Origin: Chiloscyllium plagiosum
Lineage: Eukaryota
Length of the DNA stretch: 64,000 nt
Direction: 5' to 3'
NCBI RefSeq assembly: GCF_004010195.1
Contig: NC_057719.1
Coordinates: 76,552,849-76,616,848 of the forward strand
Shown here: one piece after another, positions 52,000 to 64,000 of the stretch
Layout of the letters: every line of letters begins with the position of its first letter
Position numbering within the stretch: position 1 is the stretch's first letter
Program-made: the position numbers and the translations under genes
Notes under the pieces: model-generated
What the model was told of the DNA's origin: nothing
The model's database searches: none
The model's input: only the letters and a program-made list of their open reading frames with translations

Positions 52000-52545
52000 A
52001 AATATTATGGTTACAAGAGCAGTTTAACAGCTAGGAATTCTGCATCTCCTTATTCCCCTAAACCTGTCTGCCATCGACAAACATAAGACAGGAGTGTGAT
52101 GGACTACTTGCCAATTGCCTAGAAGAGTGCAGCTCCAATAATACTCAAGAAGTTTGGCCATCTGGTATAAAAACCATTCGACTGGCCCCACATCCACCAC
52201 CAGTACTCAGTAGCAGCAATGTTTAGCATCTACAGGATGCACTGCAGAAATGCACCAGTGCTCCATGGATAATACCTTCTGAACCCATGACCACTACTAT
52301 CTAGAAGGACAAGGGCAGCAGATACATGGGAATAACACCAATGTTCCTCTCCATCCTGACTTGGAAATATTTCCCTCAGTTCCTTCAGTGCTGTTGGGTC
52401 AAACTCTTGGAAATCCCTCCCAAAACCTTTTGGGGGTGCCTACACCAAATGAGCTGCAGTGGTTCAGAAAAGGAAGCCCACCAACTTCTTAAGGGCAATT
52501 GTGGATGCCCAGCCAGTGACACCCAAAACCCCTGAAAAAATTAAA
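52000..52545 (+). mobile_element. L2/CR1-group LINE 3' fragment
   Basis: gagtgcagctccaataatactcaagaag...atctacaggatgcactgcag...tctagaaggacaagggcagcag. Confidence 0.72.
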
Positions 52546-53069
52546 ACAAAAACAATTTGTGTTACCCACATGCATGTGCCACACATATCTCATTACTTTT
52601 GTCAACTTGGGTGCTCTGGCATTGGCTGCTTTACCTTTTCCCTTTGTCAGAATGCAGTATGACATGCATAGAATTGTACCAACACTAAAAAAAATACACC
52701 GAGTAATTTTAAATGATTCATTATCCATTTAAATAAGCCTATTGAAGATGTTTCCTCTGGTTGAACACAGTTGTAGAGATTAAGATAGCTCGAATATTGT
52801 GGTGCGGAGTTTCAAAATGGCTGTGCTGGCATCAATTTGAAATCAAGCAATGACTGGCAACATGACCTTCCTGCTCTGCCAACTGCTTGTGGTCAGCAAG
52901 CATACCCCTTTATTACAAATATGGCCTTTAGCAAACTTGTCATCAAAAATGTGTGTACATATAGCAAATACCATATATTGAACATTAGGAGGACTTGCAG
53001 CGTCTCCAAAGTGTTTCGAATTTGCCTTCCTCTATTTCTAGCCAGTAGTATTTCTAGAAGATAGATTTG

Positions 53070-53392
53070 AATCATAGAATCCCCACAGTGTGGAAACAGG
53101 CCATTTGGCCCAACACCGACCCTCCATAGAGTAAACCATCCAGACCCATTCCCCTACCCTATTATTCTACATTTCCCCTGACTAATGCACCTAACCTACA
53201 CATCCCTGAAAACCATGGCCAATTTACCTAACCTACCAATCTTTGGACTGTAGGAAGAATACAGAGCACTCGAAGGAAACTCACGCAGATACAGGAAGAA
53301 TGTGCAAACTCTCCACATGAGGCTGGAATCACACCAGGGCTCCTGGTGCTGTGAAGCAGCAATGCTAATCACTGAGCTACCATGCCGCCCCA
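53070..53392 (-). mobile_element. HE1 V-SINE
   Basis: Reverse complement of HE1. Confidence 0.88.
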
Positions 53393-53675
53393 TTTAAGTA
53401 GACTTTACTATTTGAGACACATTCTTTGGCATCACTTATTACCTAATAGTCACATTTTGGAAGCATGTTGATGGTGGCCATTTCATTAGACAAAGATTAT
53501 GAGCTTCCAATTCCAGTATCTAATAATAACCAATGTTGAATCCATTTTGACTTAACCATCACAATTTGTCTTCCCTCTCTCTGAGGGCCAGGACATCGAA
53601 ACATTCTAGTGAGTGCAAAAGGAGGGTTAAATGAATTTGCTCACAACAAATACTCCATCCCAGGCCTCCAAGTAT

Positions 53676-53808
53676 ATCCACAATTGCCCTTAAGAAGTTG
53701 GTGAGCTTCCTTTTTTGAACCACTGCAGCTCATTTGGTGTAGGTACCCCCAAAAGGTTTTGGGAGGGATTTCCAAGATTTTGACCCAACGGCACTGAAGG
53801 AACTGAGG
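53676..53808 (-). repeat. Inverted near-copy of 52374-52506
   Basis: 133 bp; shares aaaaccttttggggg and cttcttaagggcaattgtggat with the first copy. Confidence 0.85.
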
Positions 53809-54739
53809 AAAAGGCTTGTCCAATGCTGAAAGCTTGCCTGTGCTTGTCTAACCTATGAATAGATGCCTCTTGAGTCTCCTCCTTAGACTGCTGTTCAGTT
53901 GGAGAATGGTAGTGTCTCTTTCCCATCTCCTGAGAAAAGCAAAAGATGTGAGGGTTAGGAGGTCCAGGCTGCTGCAAGCAGTTGAGATAAGGATTAAAGG
54001 GATATGAAGGTAAGCCATTGAGTTACACTGTGGCAGTGACCTTGGTGGTCACATGATAGAGACTCTGTTTGAATCTGGGAAGTTGAGCAGCTCTCGGCAG
54101 AGATTTCTGTTACCAAGACTTCATGTGTATATTGCTAATAGATACTGTTTGCAGAAACACCTTAAACCCTGGCCTGAACACACTACAACGCAAAAGCCAT
54201 GCCAGCAGTTTAATTTAGGATAGTATTTCACACTTTTCAAGACCACTTATTCCAAAACTCGCATTATTAAAAGGTTTAATAATTTGGAACAAAATGATTG
54301 CACCAGTTTGTTTACTTTTATGTCTTATAGGAACATAGAAACTAGGAGCAGGAGGAGGTCATTTGGTCCTTTGAGCCTATTCTGCCATTCAGTATATGGC
54401 TGATCCTCTATTTAAATGCTGTATTCCTGCTTTCTTCCCATGCTCCTTTGTGCCTTCACTGTTTCTTGAATATATTCCATCTCTGTAAGATTGTTTATAG
54501 ATGCCTACCTTCCAGGTTGAACATTTAAAGTTCCTGACATGGCATTGCTCTCCAGAATGAGTTGTCATTATGTCACAGGATACGTCACAGCATATCGTTT
54601 TGGGCGCTCCTTTGGGCGTTTGTGAATTATTACTGGAAATTAAAGTAAAGAAGCTCAGAAGAATACAGATTGGGAAGTTGTGGCCCAGGACTTTCTCTCA
54701 TTGTTGTGTTCACTGAGACAGCACCACTCACATTTGAGT

Positions 54740-55250
54740 GAATGAGTTAGACTTATTGTCATATGTACTCACATGAGTGCAGCAAGATGTTTACAAGTCA
54801 CCACTTATGGTGCCATCTTGGGTACAAAGGTACCGAGGTACAGAATATTAGGTACAAAGCAGAAAGATAGGGAAAACAAAAAGTTAAACATTGCAGTCCT
54901 TCTTATTAAAAAGTGGAAAAATCAAGAAACACGGTTGACAGCTGAACACCACAGTCCATAAGCACCTGGCCATGCTGGACTCGCACTCTTCACCAGGGCT
55001 CAACCTCCCCTGCTTTGGGTTTGACTCCATCGCTGCCTCCAGACCATTTGGCGGGACTCTGCGGAATTTTGAGTGAGCTCAAGTTTATGGGTAGTGCAAG
55101 ATTGAAAGTTGGCCTTGGAGAACATTGGGATAATTGAGAGTGGCATGAACAAAGGCATTGATGAAGATTTCAACACGGTTGGAAGTGTGTAATCTTGGTG
55201 ACAGTGCAAGTGTGTGGCCATATAGACAAAAAAGGTTTTACATTTTACAT
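54740..55250 (-). mobile_element. LINE 3' UTR/tail family (Rex1-like tail); related pieces at about 39880-40045 and 55665-55815
   Basis: Recurring tgtcacatgtactc...gaaaagtttacaagtcgccac...cttaggtac motif. Confidence 0.55.
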
Positions 55251-55257
55251 TACATGA

Positions 55258-55550
55258 CATTACAGTGTGGAAACAGGCCCTTCGGCCCAACAAGTCCACA
55301 CCGACCCGCCGAAGCGCAACCCACCCATATCCCTACGTTTACCCCTTACCTAACACTACGGGGAATTTAGCATGGCCAATTCACCTGACCTGCACATCTT
55401 TGGACTGTGGGAGGAAACTGGAGCACCCGGAGGAAACCCACGCAGACACGGGGAGAACGTGCAAACTCCACACCGTCAGTCGCCTGAGGCAGGAATTGAA
55501 CCCGGGTCTCTGTGAGGCAGCAGTGCTAACCACTGTGCCACCGTGACGCC
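55258..55550 (-). mobile_element. Young HE1 V-SINE
   Basis: CpG-rich, near-consensus reverse complement with (tacat)n tail. Confidence 0.93.
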
Positions 55551-57240
55551 CACAGCATTCCATCTCTACAGGTTCCTAATAACAGAGCACTCTTCACAGA
55601 CTGCAGGATGCAGAGAAAACTGGGACACGAACTCGGGAATTTGAAAGTCTCATTACAATGAATGATTTAGGTTAATCGTCACATGTACTCACACAAGTAG
55701 TGAAAAGTTTACAAGTCGCCACTTAGAGCCCCACCTTAGGGTACTTTGTACCTACGTATAGAATCTTAGGTGAAAAAGTAGAAAGTGAGGAAAACAAAAA
55801 AGATAAAAAGCTACAAGCTTAATGTGTAGCTCCAAATTATACATAAGATACATTCCAGTCTCTCATACTCTTAATTTAAGCAAAATCTGACTGACCCCCT
55901 TTTCGATATTGGTCAGTGATGTTGACAGTTTAGTGGTTAGTTATCAGTCCAGGAACTAAGATTGGGGCTGAAAATGTGTTGCAGGAACTAAGATTAAACC
56001 CAGAGGGAAAAAAAATAACAGGTTTAAATCTCACCATGGCACCTTATGAATTTGAGATCAGTATAAAACATGCTGAAATAAAAATCAGTAAATGAAACTG
56101 TCAGGTTGTCATACATACACAACTGGTTCATGAATCTTCTTTGGGAGATGAAAGCTGTCATCCTTGCTATTTCCAATATTTACATGATGCCTGTCCCAAA
56201 CCAGTGGGCTTGTCTGCCAACTGCCGTCTCACACAGACCCCGCATCATGTCATTAAAAGGATACACTTTGTTGTATCAGACTGCCACAACTAACAAACAG
56301 TAGCAGTTCAAGAAGGCCCATTATCATTTTCTCAATGCAGCCAGGAGTGGGTGGTAAATATTGGATTATATGCCGTACTAACCAAATCTATATTTTATTT
56401 TGTTGAGTGTTGCAATGCTTCATAGAATCTCAACAGTGTGGAAATAGGCCACTCGGCCCAACAGGTCCATGCCAAACTTCTGAAGAGTAACCCACCCAGA
56501 TCCACCACTCTCCCCTATCCCTGTTACCTTGCATTTCCCATGGCTGACCAACTTAGCCTGCACATCCCTTGTGAAGCAAAGGGTTTCTTTTTTCGTTCAC
56601 CTTTCATTAGAATTCACTCAAATAGCAACAAATGGTCTTTAATTTTACATCCATAAGCCTTTTGTATCTCTTTCATTGGATCATTTAAAATATATTGGAA
56701 CATAATTTGCTTCAATGGAGCATTTAATGGATTTTCCCTACCATGATCAGATCTGTAAATTTCGTTTGTGTAGCAAATTGCTTGAATTATTTTTTTGTGA
56801 AATGTGGGTATTTCTGGAGGGCCAAAATTCATTGCCTGTTCGCCAACTGCCCTTGAACTTATTGACCTGCTATGCCACTTCAGAGGGCAGTGGTAAGTCA
56901 ACCACTGGGCTTCCATGACAACTGATGATTGCCTCATGATGTCGTTGTTAAAACTTACTTATTAACTGAATTCAAATTACACCCACCACAGACATAGGAT
57001 TTGAACTAATGTCTCCCAGAGAATGAGGGGAGGTTGTGGCTTAGGGGCAATATTTCTGGGATTGTAATCCAGACATCCACACTACGATTCGGGTGATATG
57101 GGTTCAAATTCGTCCATAGTGGATTCAAAATGTGAATTCAATAAAACCTGGAATTAGAAAGTTCATTGAAGTGTCCTGCAGGGAAGGAAATATGCCATTT
57201 TTAGCTGGTCTTGTCTACATGTGACTCCAGACTCAGAGCA

Positions 57241-57997
57241 CGTGTTGAGCCACGGGGTGGTTGGGTTGGTTGGTCCGGGTGTCCCAGAGGTGTTCTCTGA
57301 AATGTTCTTGTGGTTGCAGGGGAAGGTGCCGGGAGTGGAGGTTGGGTTGGTGGGGGGTGTGCACCTGACGAGGGAGTTACGGAGGGAGTGGTCTTTTCGG
57401 AACGCTGATAGGGGAGGGGAGGGAAATATATCCCTGGTGGACTTCCCTCCAAGGCCCCAAGGGATCCTTCCATATCCGCCACAAATTCACCTGCACCTCC
57501 ACACACATCATCTATTGCATCCGCTGCACCCGATGTGGCCTCCTCTATGTTGGGGAGACAGGCTGCCTACTTGCGGAACGTTTCAGAGAACACCTCTGGG
57601 ACACCCGGACCAACCAACCCAACCACCCCGTGGCTCAACACTTCAACCCCCCCCCCCACTCCACCAAGGACATGCAGGTCCTTGGACTCCTCCATCACCA
57701 GACCATAGCAACACGACGGCTGGAGGAAGANNNNNNNNNNNNNCCCCCACCCCACTCCGGCCTATCACCCTCACCTTGACCTCCCTCCACCTATCGCATT
57801 TCCAACACCCCTCCCCCAAGTCCCTCCTCCCTACCTTTTATCTTAGCCTGCTGGACCCACTTTCCTCATTCCTGAAGAAGGGCTTATGCCCGAAACGTTG
57901 ATTCTCCTGTTCCTTGGATGCTGCCTGACCTGCTGCGCTTTTCCAGCAACACATTTTCAGCTCTGATCTCCAGCATCTGCAGTCCTCACTTTCTCCA
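57241..57997 (+). mobile_element. Penelope-like element with inverted 5' segment; N gap 57731-57743
   Basis: The + frame from 57441 reads TSLQGPKGSFHIRHKFTCTSTHIIYCIRCTRCGLLYVGETG...FREHLWDTRTNQPNHPVAQHFN (GIY-YIG); pLTR with hammerhead core at about 57871-57900; 57241-57439 is PLE sequence in the opposite orientation. Confidence 0.92.
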
Positions 57998-58007
57998 TGG
58001 AGAGAGA

Positions 58008-60004
58008 GTAACCTAGTCAGCTTGACTCGAAATGTTAGCTTGCTCTCTCTCTCTCTCGATGGATATTGCCTGACTTGCTATGATCTCCAGCATTTTTTTT
58101 GCTTTCAGCAGGTACCTGTATTTGTTTTGAAGGATTAAGAAAATAAACAGATCAAGGACTAAGAAAGAATTGTCAATTAAAGAGGGTGAATTCATTGGAA
58201 AATCAGATACAGAAAGAGAAACAGAGCGAGGAAAAGAAAAATATGATTAACGTGGTTATTGGGGTGTTAACAGAAATTTTTCTCTGGTGCGAGTACTTTA
58301 CATGGGGTGCTTCGTGTCACTGAAACCCCCATCTCCACATGACACATAGAAGGAATACTGAATGTACTCACAAACTCCTAACATTCACCTGTACCTGTGT
58401 TTTTGTTTTTGCTGCTGTTTACCTATTATTTTAGATTAGATTCCCTACAGTGTGGAAACAGGCCCTTTGGCCCAACAAGTCCACACCAACCATCTGAAGA
58501 GTAACCCACCCAGACCCATTTCCCTCTGACTAATGCACCTAACACTATGGGCAATTTAGCATGGCCAATTCACCTGACCTGCACATCTTTGGACTGTGGG
58601 AGGAAACCGGAGCACCCGGAAGAATCCCACACAAACACGGGGACAATGTGTATACTCCACGCAGGCAGTCGCCCGAGGCTGGAACCAAACCTGGGACCCT
58701 GGTGCTGTGAGGCAGCAGTGCTAACCACTGAGCCACCGTGCCACCCCTTATCTATGCTACTTAACTCGGTGATCTCCTTGTATTGCTTGCAAGACAAAGC
58801 TTTTCACTGTGCCTTGGTACATGTGACAATAAATTCAATTTGATTCAATTCAATTTTAGATACAGTCAAGGGGTGTTTTTAAAATCTGTAAAGGAGTATT
58901 TTGGGATTAATAAGAATATATTTCTATCATGTGTTTCAAAATGTTTGAAGGTGCATTACATGTAAATAGTTTGGTCTATTCTATGTTACCTTCATTTCTT
59001 GTGCTTAATAAACTTTTGCCTTTGTTGTTAAAAGCTAATCTGCAGCATTCCATGTTGTTTTTCAATGAGAGACGCCTTGTTAGAACCAAAAGAAAATCTA
59101 TTAAGCTTTCAGTGTGAGATTGCAGTCTGTAATCCAATTTGTCCAGTAATAAACATCAACTGGGATCATAAAAATACACATAAAAAGATAAAAGTGGAGG
59201 TGGGGAGTGATTTCACACATGATCTGTTCTAGGTGATTAGGGGCAAATTTTGGATAGGTCTTCATTTTTTTTATTTGTCCATCAAGTGTCTGGTTCTAAT
59301 CTGGTTTGGACAGACATGATTTAGGGTTTAGAGTGAGCTTTGCAGAAGACAATACCCGAGACCTCCTGATGTTTACTTATAGTTTCTTTCGACCTTCATT
59401 TGAATTTAAAAGCATCATGAGTTTGGGGTCACATTATCACAGCTTAAGTGCCTGTGTCCAAAAGTGGCTTTAAAGGGATATTGCTGGTGAAAGTGGTGAT
59501 GTTTAAGGTTTCGTTGACTTGCTGGAGGGTTTCAGTGACACATACCATTGCAATGTTTACAATATATGGCTGAATACAGTCCAGACAATTCAGTTTTAGA
59601 ATTCCTGCTTGAAGTGCAATATGTAGCTTGTCAATCAGTATTAGAGCAGTGCACACTGTTACTGCATTCTCCTAGAAAGGAGTTCATAAAGATTGCTTGA
59701 CGACACATTTAACTTTTCAAGGGAGCTTTCAAGACTGAAAGCTGGTCTATTCCATGTTATAATTACTCCTAAAACGCTCTGCAGAAAGCTGTCTATCAAT
59801 TCGGTCAACACCTCCATTTATACATCAAATGAAGACTCCTTCACCCTCTTTAATGGACACTTCTTTCTCAGACCTTGAATTGTTCATTTTCTTAATCCTT
59901 CAAAACAAAACAGGTACTTGCTGTAAGCAAAAAAATGCTGGAAATCACAGCAACTCCATGGAGAGAGAGCAAACTAACATTTTGAGTTTAGATGACTAGC
60001 TTAC
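58008..60004. repeat. Inverted repeat pair 58008-58190 / 59840-60004
   Basis: pLTR piece plus adjoining ...gtacctg..ttgttttgaaggattaagaaaa...ttaaagagggtgaa is present in opposite orientations. Confidence 0.8.
58432..58747 (-). mobile_element. HE1 V-SINE nested in a Rex1-like tail (about 58390-58857)
   Basis: Reverse complement of HE1; host ends tacatgtgacaataaattcaatttgattcaattcaatt. Confidence 0.9.
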
Positions 60005-62264
60005 ATTGACAGAGTTAGCTACAAAAAAAAAGCATTGAAAAGTTCTGGTTTAAAATCCAGCTCAATTTTTCTCTCTTACATTTCAGCTTGAGTTGCTGAA
60101 AATAATGTTCAGTGAACAATTATCCATGCACCATAGAAAATCCATGACCATTCAGAAAAGGTCTGAAGAACTTCAAATTCACCAACCAATTGCACAGAAA
60201 ATTATACTTTAAGATGACAATTTGGAGGAGACACTGAAGCATTTTGGATTAGGCTGTAAACTTTCACCACTGGAACAGCTCGAAATTGTGGCTTAAATAA
60301 CTATTGGCTGAATAGTCCTATAAACATGAACATGGACAGTTTTTAAAAGTTGCTAGTGGGCAATTCAGCAAAAGGCCCATAATTGAGAGTGCCACTCAAA
60401 GAGACTACGGGCTGACTGTGGAAAATGAACAGTTGGCACTGTCAAAGGAATGGTGATTTATGGAACGTTTGGTTTAGATATCAGTATTTTTCATCCTTTA
60501 TTTAAAACAGTGTACTTGTAAAAATATAACCACAAAATAACTTAAACTTCTTAAAATATTTGAAATATTTCAAGTTTCTTTCTCATTTATTGTTGCATTT
60601 CTGCTTTGGTGCAATGAGCATGTGATGCCAACTACTACCACTGTGTGGTGATGACAAATGGAAGCCACCATTGTCTTTTCTGACTGGGTCTACTGAGCCA
60701 ACTTGGTCAAGGCAGAAGAGGAAATACTACTAGTTAGTACAATGAGGAAGAGCTCTTGTCTTAAACAACATGTACTTTATTGCATTATAGTAATCAGGTA
60801 CAAGTTACATAAGTAATATATGCATCGTTACTAAAGGCTATTGAGATAACAGGTCTGTTGTTTCAAGATCTTAAAGTGTCCTGCCTTTCCCCACCCAAGT
60901 TTGCATGGCGTCATCAGAATGGGGGGAACTTACTGCAGCCTTCAGCATTAACCCCTTTAGAACCATTGCCTTATGTCAGGTAGGTAGACTTGTCTCAGCA
61001 ATGTTGTGTTTCTCCAATAATCTGTTCTCAGTTAGCACACAGAATTAAAGGTAGTACAGACATTGAACAATAATGCTCATCAATGGTCCTTCAATTATCA
61101 ACTGGTTTGTTCTTTCCCAACATTATTTTTATTTTTGACAACAGCGACTTGTTCTGAAAGCATAAATAAATTATTCTGAGGGCAGTGTGTGTGTATTGCT
61201 GGGAAGACCAGCATTTATTGCCCATCAAAAGTTATCTCCAAGAAGGTACAGGTGGGGTTTCTTTAAACCACAGCAGTCTGTGCGACAGTGTTAATCCAAC
61301 AATGGTAGGCTGTTCCACGATCTATGCCCCAGAATTCACCAGTATCTCATACAAGTCGCCTCCTTTTGTGCATCAGCCTGCAGAGTTTGGACTGGACTGT
61401 TTACCATCATCACGCTGTCCTCACTGACACCCAGGTGAAGGTAAATTTGTCCTGTTCGTATCAAATGTCAAACCTGAGATCTGCATATACACACAGATCA
61501 GGAACGTGCTAACCATACCCTTGGGGATCTGGTCAGCATCATTTGAAGCAGTAAAAGGCATAAATACTGTACCTCAGGGTGAAGAAAATTACTCAAAATG
61601 AAGTCTAAAAGTGCAGTATGTGCCAAGGGACATCAGCTCTGAGCTCTAGATCGTATCGGATATGATTTCTGTTTCCTAAGTTGACTGAACATGTTGAGAA
61701 TGAATCATGAAGATATAGTCATCTCCTCCTTATCCTCTAGTCCTCCCTTCATCCACAGTTTCTTCCCTTCATCCTTCTCATTTCCCATCTGCATGTACAA
61801 AATCTCAATGAGAGACAACAGCAGACTTCAGTGCTCCGAGAACATTCATTTCAGAATACAAGTATTAATTTCACACTTGTTTCTGTTGTTGCTTGGTTAA
61901 TTTAAACATTATTTCCAAAAAACTTTGATTTTTTTTAATTTTCCCCAGTGAAAGTACTGAAGGACTGCAATTGTGACAATTTTGCAATACAGACTTGGTA
62001 GCCATGGTCTAAAACAAATTGTTCCTTCACCTAATGTAATATATAGAAGCCCTGCTTGCTGAGGAGCGATGGGAGCAATTTCTAGTCTGTTTATTAAAAA
62101 TTAAGTATGAAATAATCGAATGGTTCTATTAGCTGTTCTACATTTTCTGCACGCTGAAGTGTAACTGGAAGATACAATTCCAATATACAATATTAAATTC
62201 ACAATTGGAATGGTAAATTTCATAAAGAATATTTATCTGCATTGATTAAGCATGTTTAAACAAT

Positions 62265-62857
62265 TGTGACAAACGTGTTCCTTTGACAAGGTTAGATTGT
62301 CCTTGGTATTTTTCAGAGAAGCTCTAAATGATCCAAGGCTCTATCGAAGCTGGGTTTGAAAAGCTTATTGGGGCCCTTTTTGTTTACCCCTAATAGATAA
62401 TGCCTCTGGCCTAAGCCTTTCATGTCTTGAAAAAAAAACTGATACAATAAAAGGGGCGTGGCCAGCTAGCTGTGTAGCTAGCCTTCATTTAGATTAGAGT
62501 TCATTGCAGCAGCGTATGTGTGAAAAAGGCTGCTAAACTCTCGCCTCTGGCTTGAAACCTGTAAGGTTTTTGTGGCATTTTTAATCTTTGTGTGGAGGGG
62601 TCTGTATATCGGGATTATTGCAAGTATCTTTGGAACAGCATCATTAAGTCAGGACGGTCTGTCGGGTTTGGATATCCGGTAATCTATTTTCTGTTCTTTG
62701 TGTTTCATTCTATAATGTTGTGAATAAATTCTGTTTGTTTAAAACTTGGCAGTCAGACTAACTGATTCACTCTGGGAATATCCACGATACACTTATCAAA
62801 ACAAATAACAAAGTTACGCTTAAAAATGTTTTCAGGGGTTGGGCCTGGTTCATAATA
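62265..62857 (+). mobile_element. Solo LTR (Gypsy-like)
   Basis: Starts TGTGAC, ends CATAATA (probably mutated CATAACA), 4-bp TSD CAAT (62261-62264, 62858-62861); internal ggggcgtggcc and AATAAA. Confidence 0.65.
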
Positions 62858-63074
62858 CAATGGGAAGAGCCAAAACACTCACCATATTAAAATGTTGTAC
62901 TGACTCCGAGGCATGTATGCAGTTGTAAGTTTTAAAGTTTCATCTGAGTTATGAAGCACCAATCACAAGTTAGTAATTCCTAAATAAAGTTAAAAAAAAA
63001 TGTAGATTGTGTTTATACATATTTTTAACCTAAGAAGGGGTTTGTAGACCAAAAGAGACTTTTTTTTTAACAAG

Positions 63075-63530
63075 GAAAGAATAATTTGCATTTGTGTATC
63101 ACTTAACATGACCACTGCTTTAAATCCCATTAAGAACTTGTTTGAAGTGTAATTACTGCTGTAATGTAGGAAACCTGGCAGCCAATTTGTGCACTGCAGT
63201 CTCCCACAGACAACAATGTGATAAGAATGGCCAGATTATTTTGTTTTAGAGGTGTTGACTGAGGCCTAAGTATTAGTCAGGGCACAAATGAGAAATCCCC
63301 TACTCTTTCATGTGTGCTGCACAATTTCATACATTGAGCAAGCAGGCACAGCCTCAGTTTTAACATCTCAACCAAAACGTAGCACCATCTACAGTGTAGC
63401 ATTCCCTCAGTGCTACAATGGGGTGCCAGCCTTGGTTTATGCGCTGAACTCCTGCAGAGAGACTTAAGTGCTGAATTTTGTATCTCAGAGAGGGAAGATC
63501 TGTCAGTCCTGAAGATTGCACTGATACAAA
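63075..63530 (-). mobile_element. DeuSINE (SacSINE1-like)
   Basis: The - strand reads ctgagggaatgctacactgtagatggtgc...gagatgttaaa...tctggccattcttatcacattg..tgtgggaga..gtgcacaaattggctgcc (Deu domain and tail). Confidence 0.75.
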
Positions 63531-63599
63531 GGGAATATTGTGTGTGGTGGGTGTGTGTGTGTATGGGTGTGTGTGTATAGGGGGTGGGGGGGAGGGGGG

Positions 63600-63800
63600 G
63601 AGGGGAGGAGGGCGTGGAGCATGCAATGGCAAATGATGTACCATCTGATGTCAGGCACTTCATAATGCAGAGGGTCCATGCCACCACATGCCAAGGGAGC
63701 TTGGAGGGCATGAAATTGATCAAACATACTCAGTGGTTCAGGAAAAGGTAGCCATACACTTCATTCCTTATCACACAGAGTGCAGGAGTGATGCCCTCAG
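63600..63800 (-). mobile_element. Possible PIF/Harbinger DDE transposase relic
   Basis: Frameshifted minus-strand peptides WLPFPEPLS..QFHAL, KCLTSDGT and IICHCMLHAL resemble, in the right order, Harbinger WLMTP...YN..H, RCL..SGG and IV.ACC.LHN. Confidence 0.4.
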
Positions 63801-64000
63801 TCAGAGAAAAAAAAGGTTACATGGAATTTACAATGTGTTGTCTTATAATTCACAGCTAGAATGCCTTTTATATTATTGTGATACCATCACCATACCATTG
63901 CTTGTGACATGATGGTATGATGGGCTGTTTCCATCTTGCTAAGGTCACTTACAGCATGACACCCTGAGGGAAGACTGTATTACTAAGTACTAGTCCATAC

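Noticed and set aside
57221..57901. 226-aa ORF
   Set aside because: Reads through an inverted PLE segment and an N gap; the real GIY-YIG frame is a different one
61930..62002. Strong acceptor ttttttttaattttccccag followed by a short open frame
   Set aside because: No convincing donor, early stop, no homology

Overview
Repeat-rich vertebrate genomic DNA, almost certainly from a cartilaginous fish (shark-type HE1 V-SINEs, HER1/CR1 LINE tails and DeuSINE relics). I recognise no intact host protein-coding gene, so the window looks intronic or intergenic. The supplied ORFs are spurious or transposon-derived. Identifiable content: CR1/HER1, L2/CR1-group, RTE, Rex1/Babar, Tx1 and Penelope-like (PLE) retroelement fragments, a decayed Ty3/Gypsy internal region, solo LTRs, a possible Harbinger relic and two N gaps (32161-32226, 57731-57743). 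Most interesting observations: (1) at 27537-29711 a ~0.2-kb solo LTR has been split at its TATA-box motif (ATATAAACAGGGG on the - strand) by serial, same-orientation insertions of Tx1-like LINE 3' ends and another polyadenylated element, each regenerating the target, which suggests a sequence-specific retrotransposon parasitising LTR promoters; (2) many ORF-less PLE fold-back insertions with 11-14 bp target-site duplications (TSDs) that carry hammerhead-ribozyme cores whose stems differ between families but keep their pairing; (3) an old tandem duplication at 5.98-10.3 kb where only two non-coding blocks stay alignable, one packed with ETS/RUNX/GATA/AP-1 motifs inside a CpG-retaining segment; (4) two short local inverted duplications. 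All coordinates were read by eye and element edges are approximate unless anchored by a TSD.
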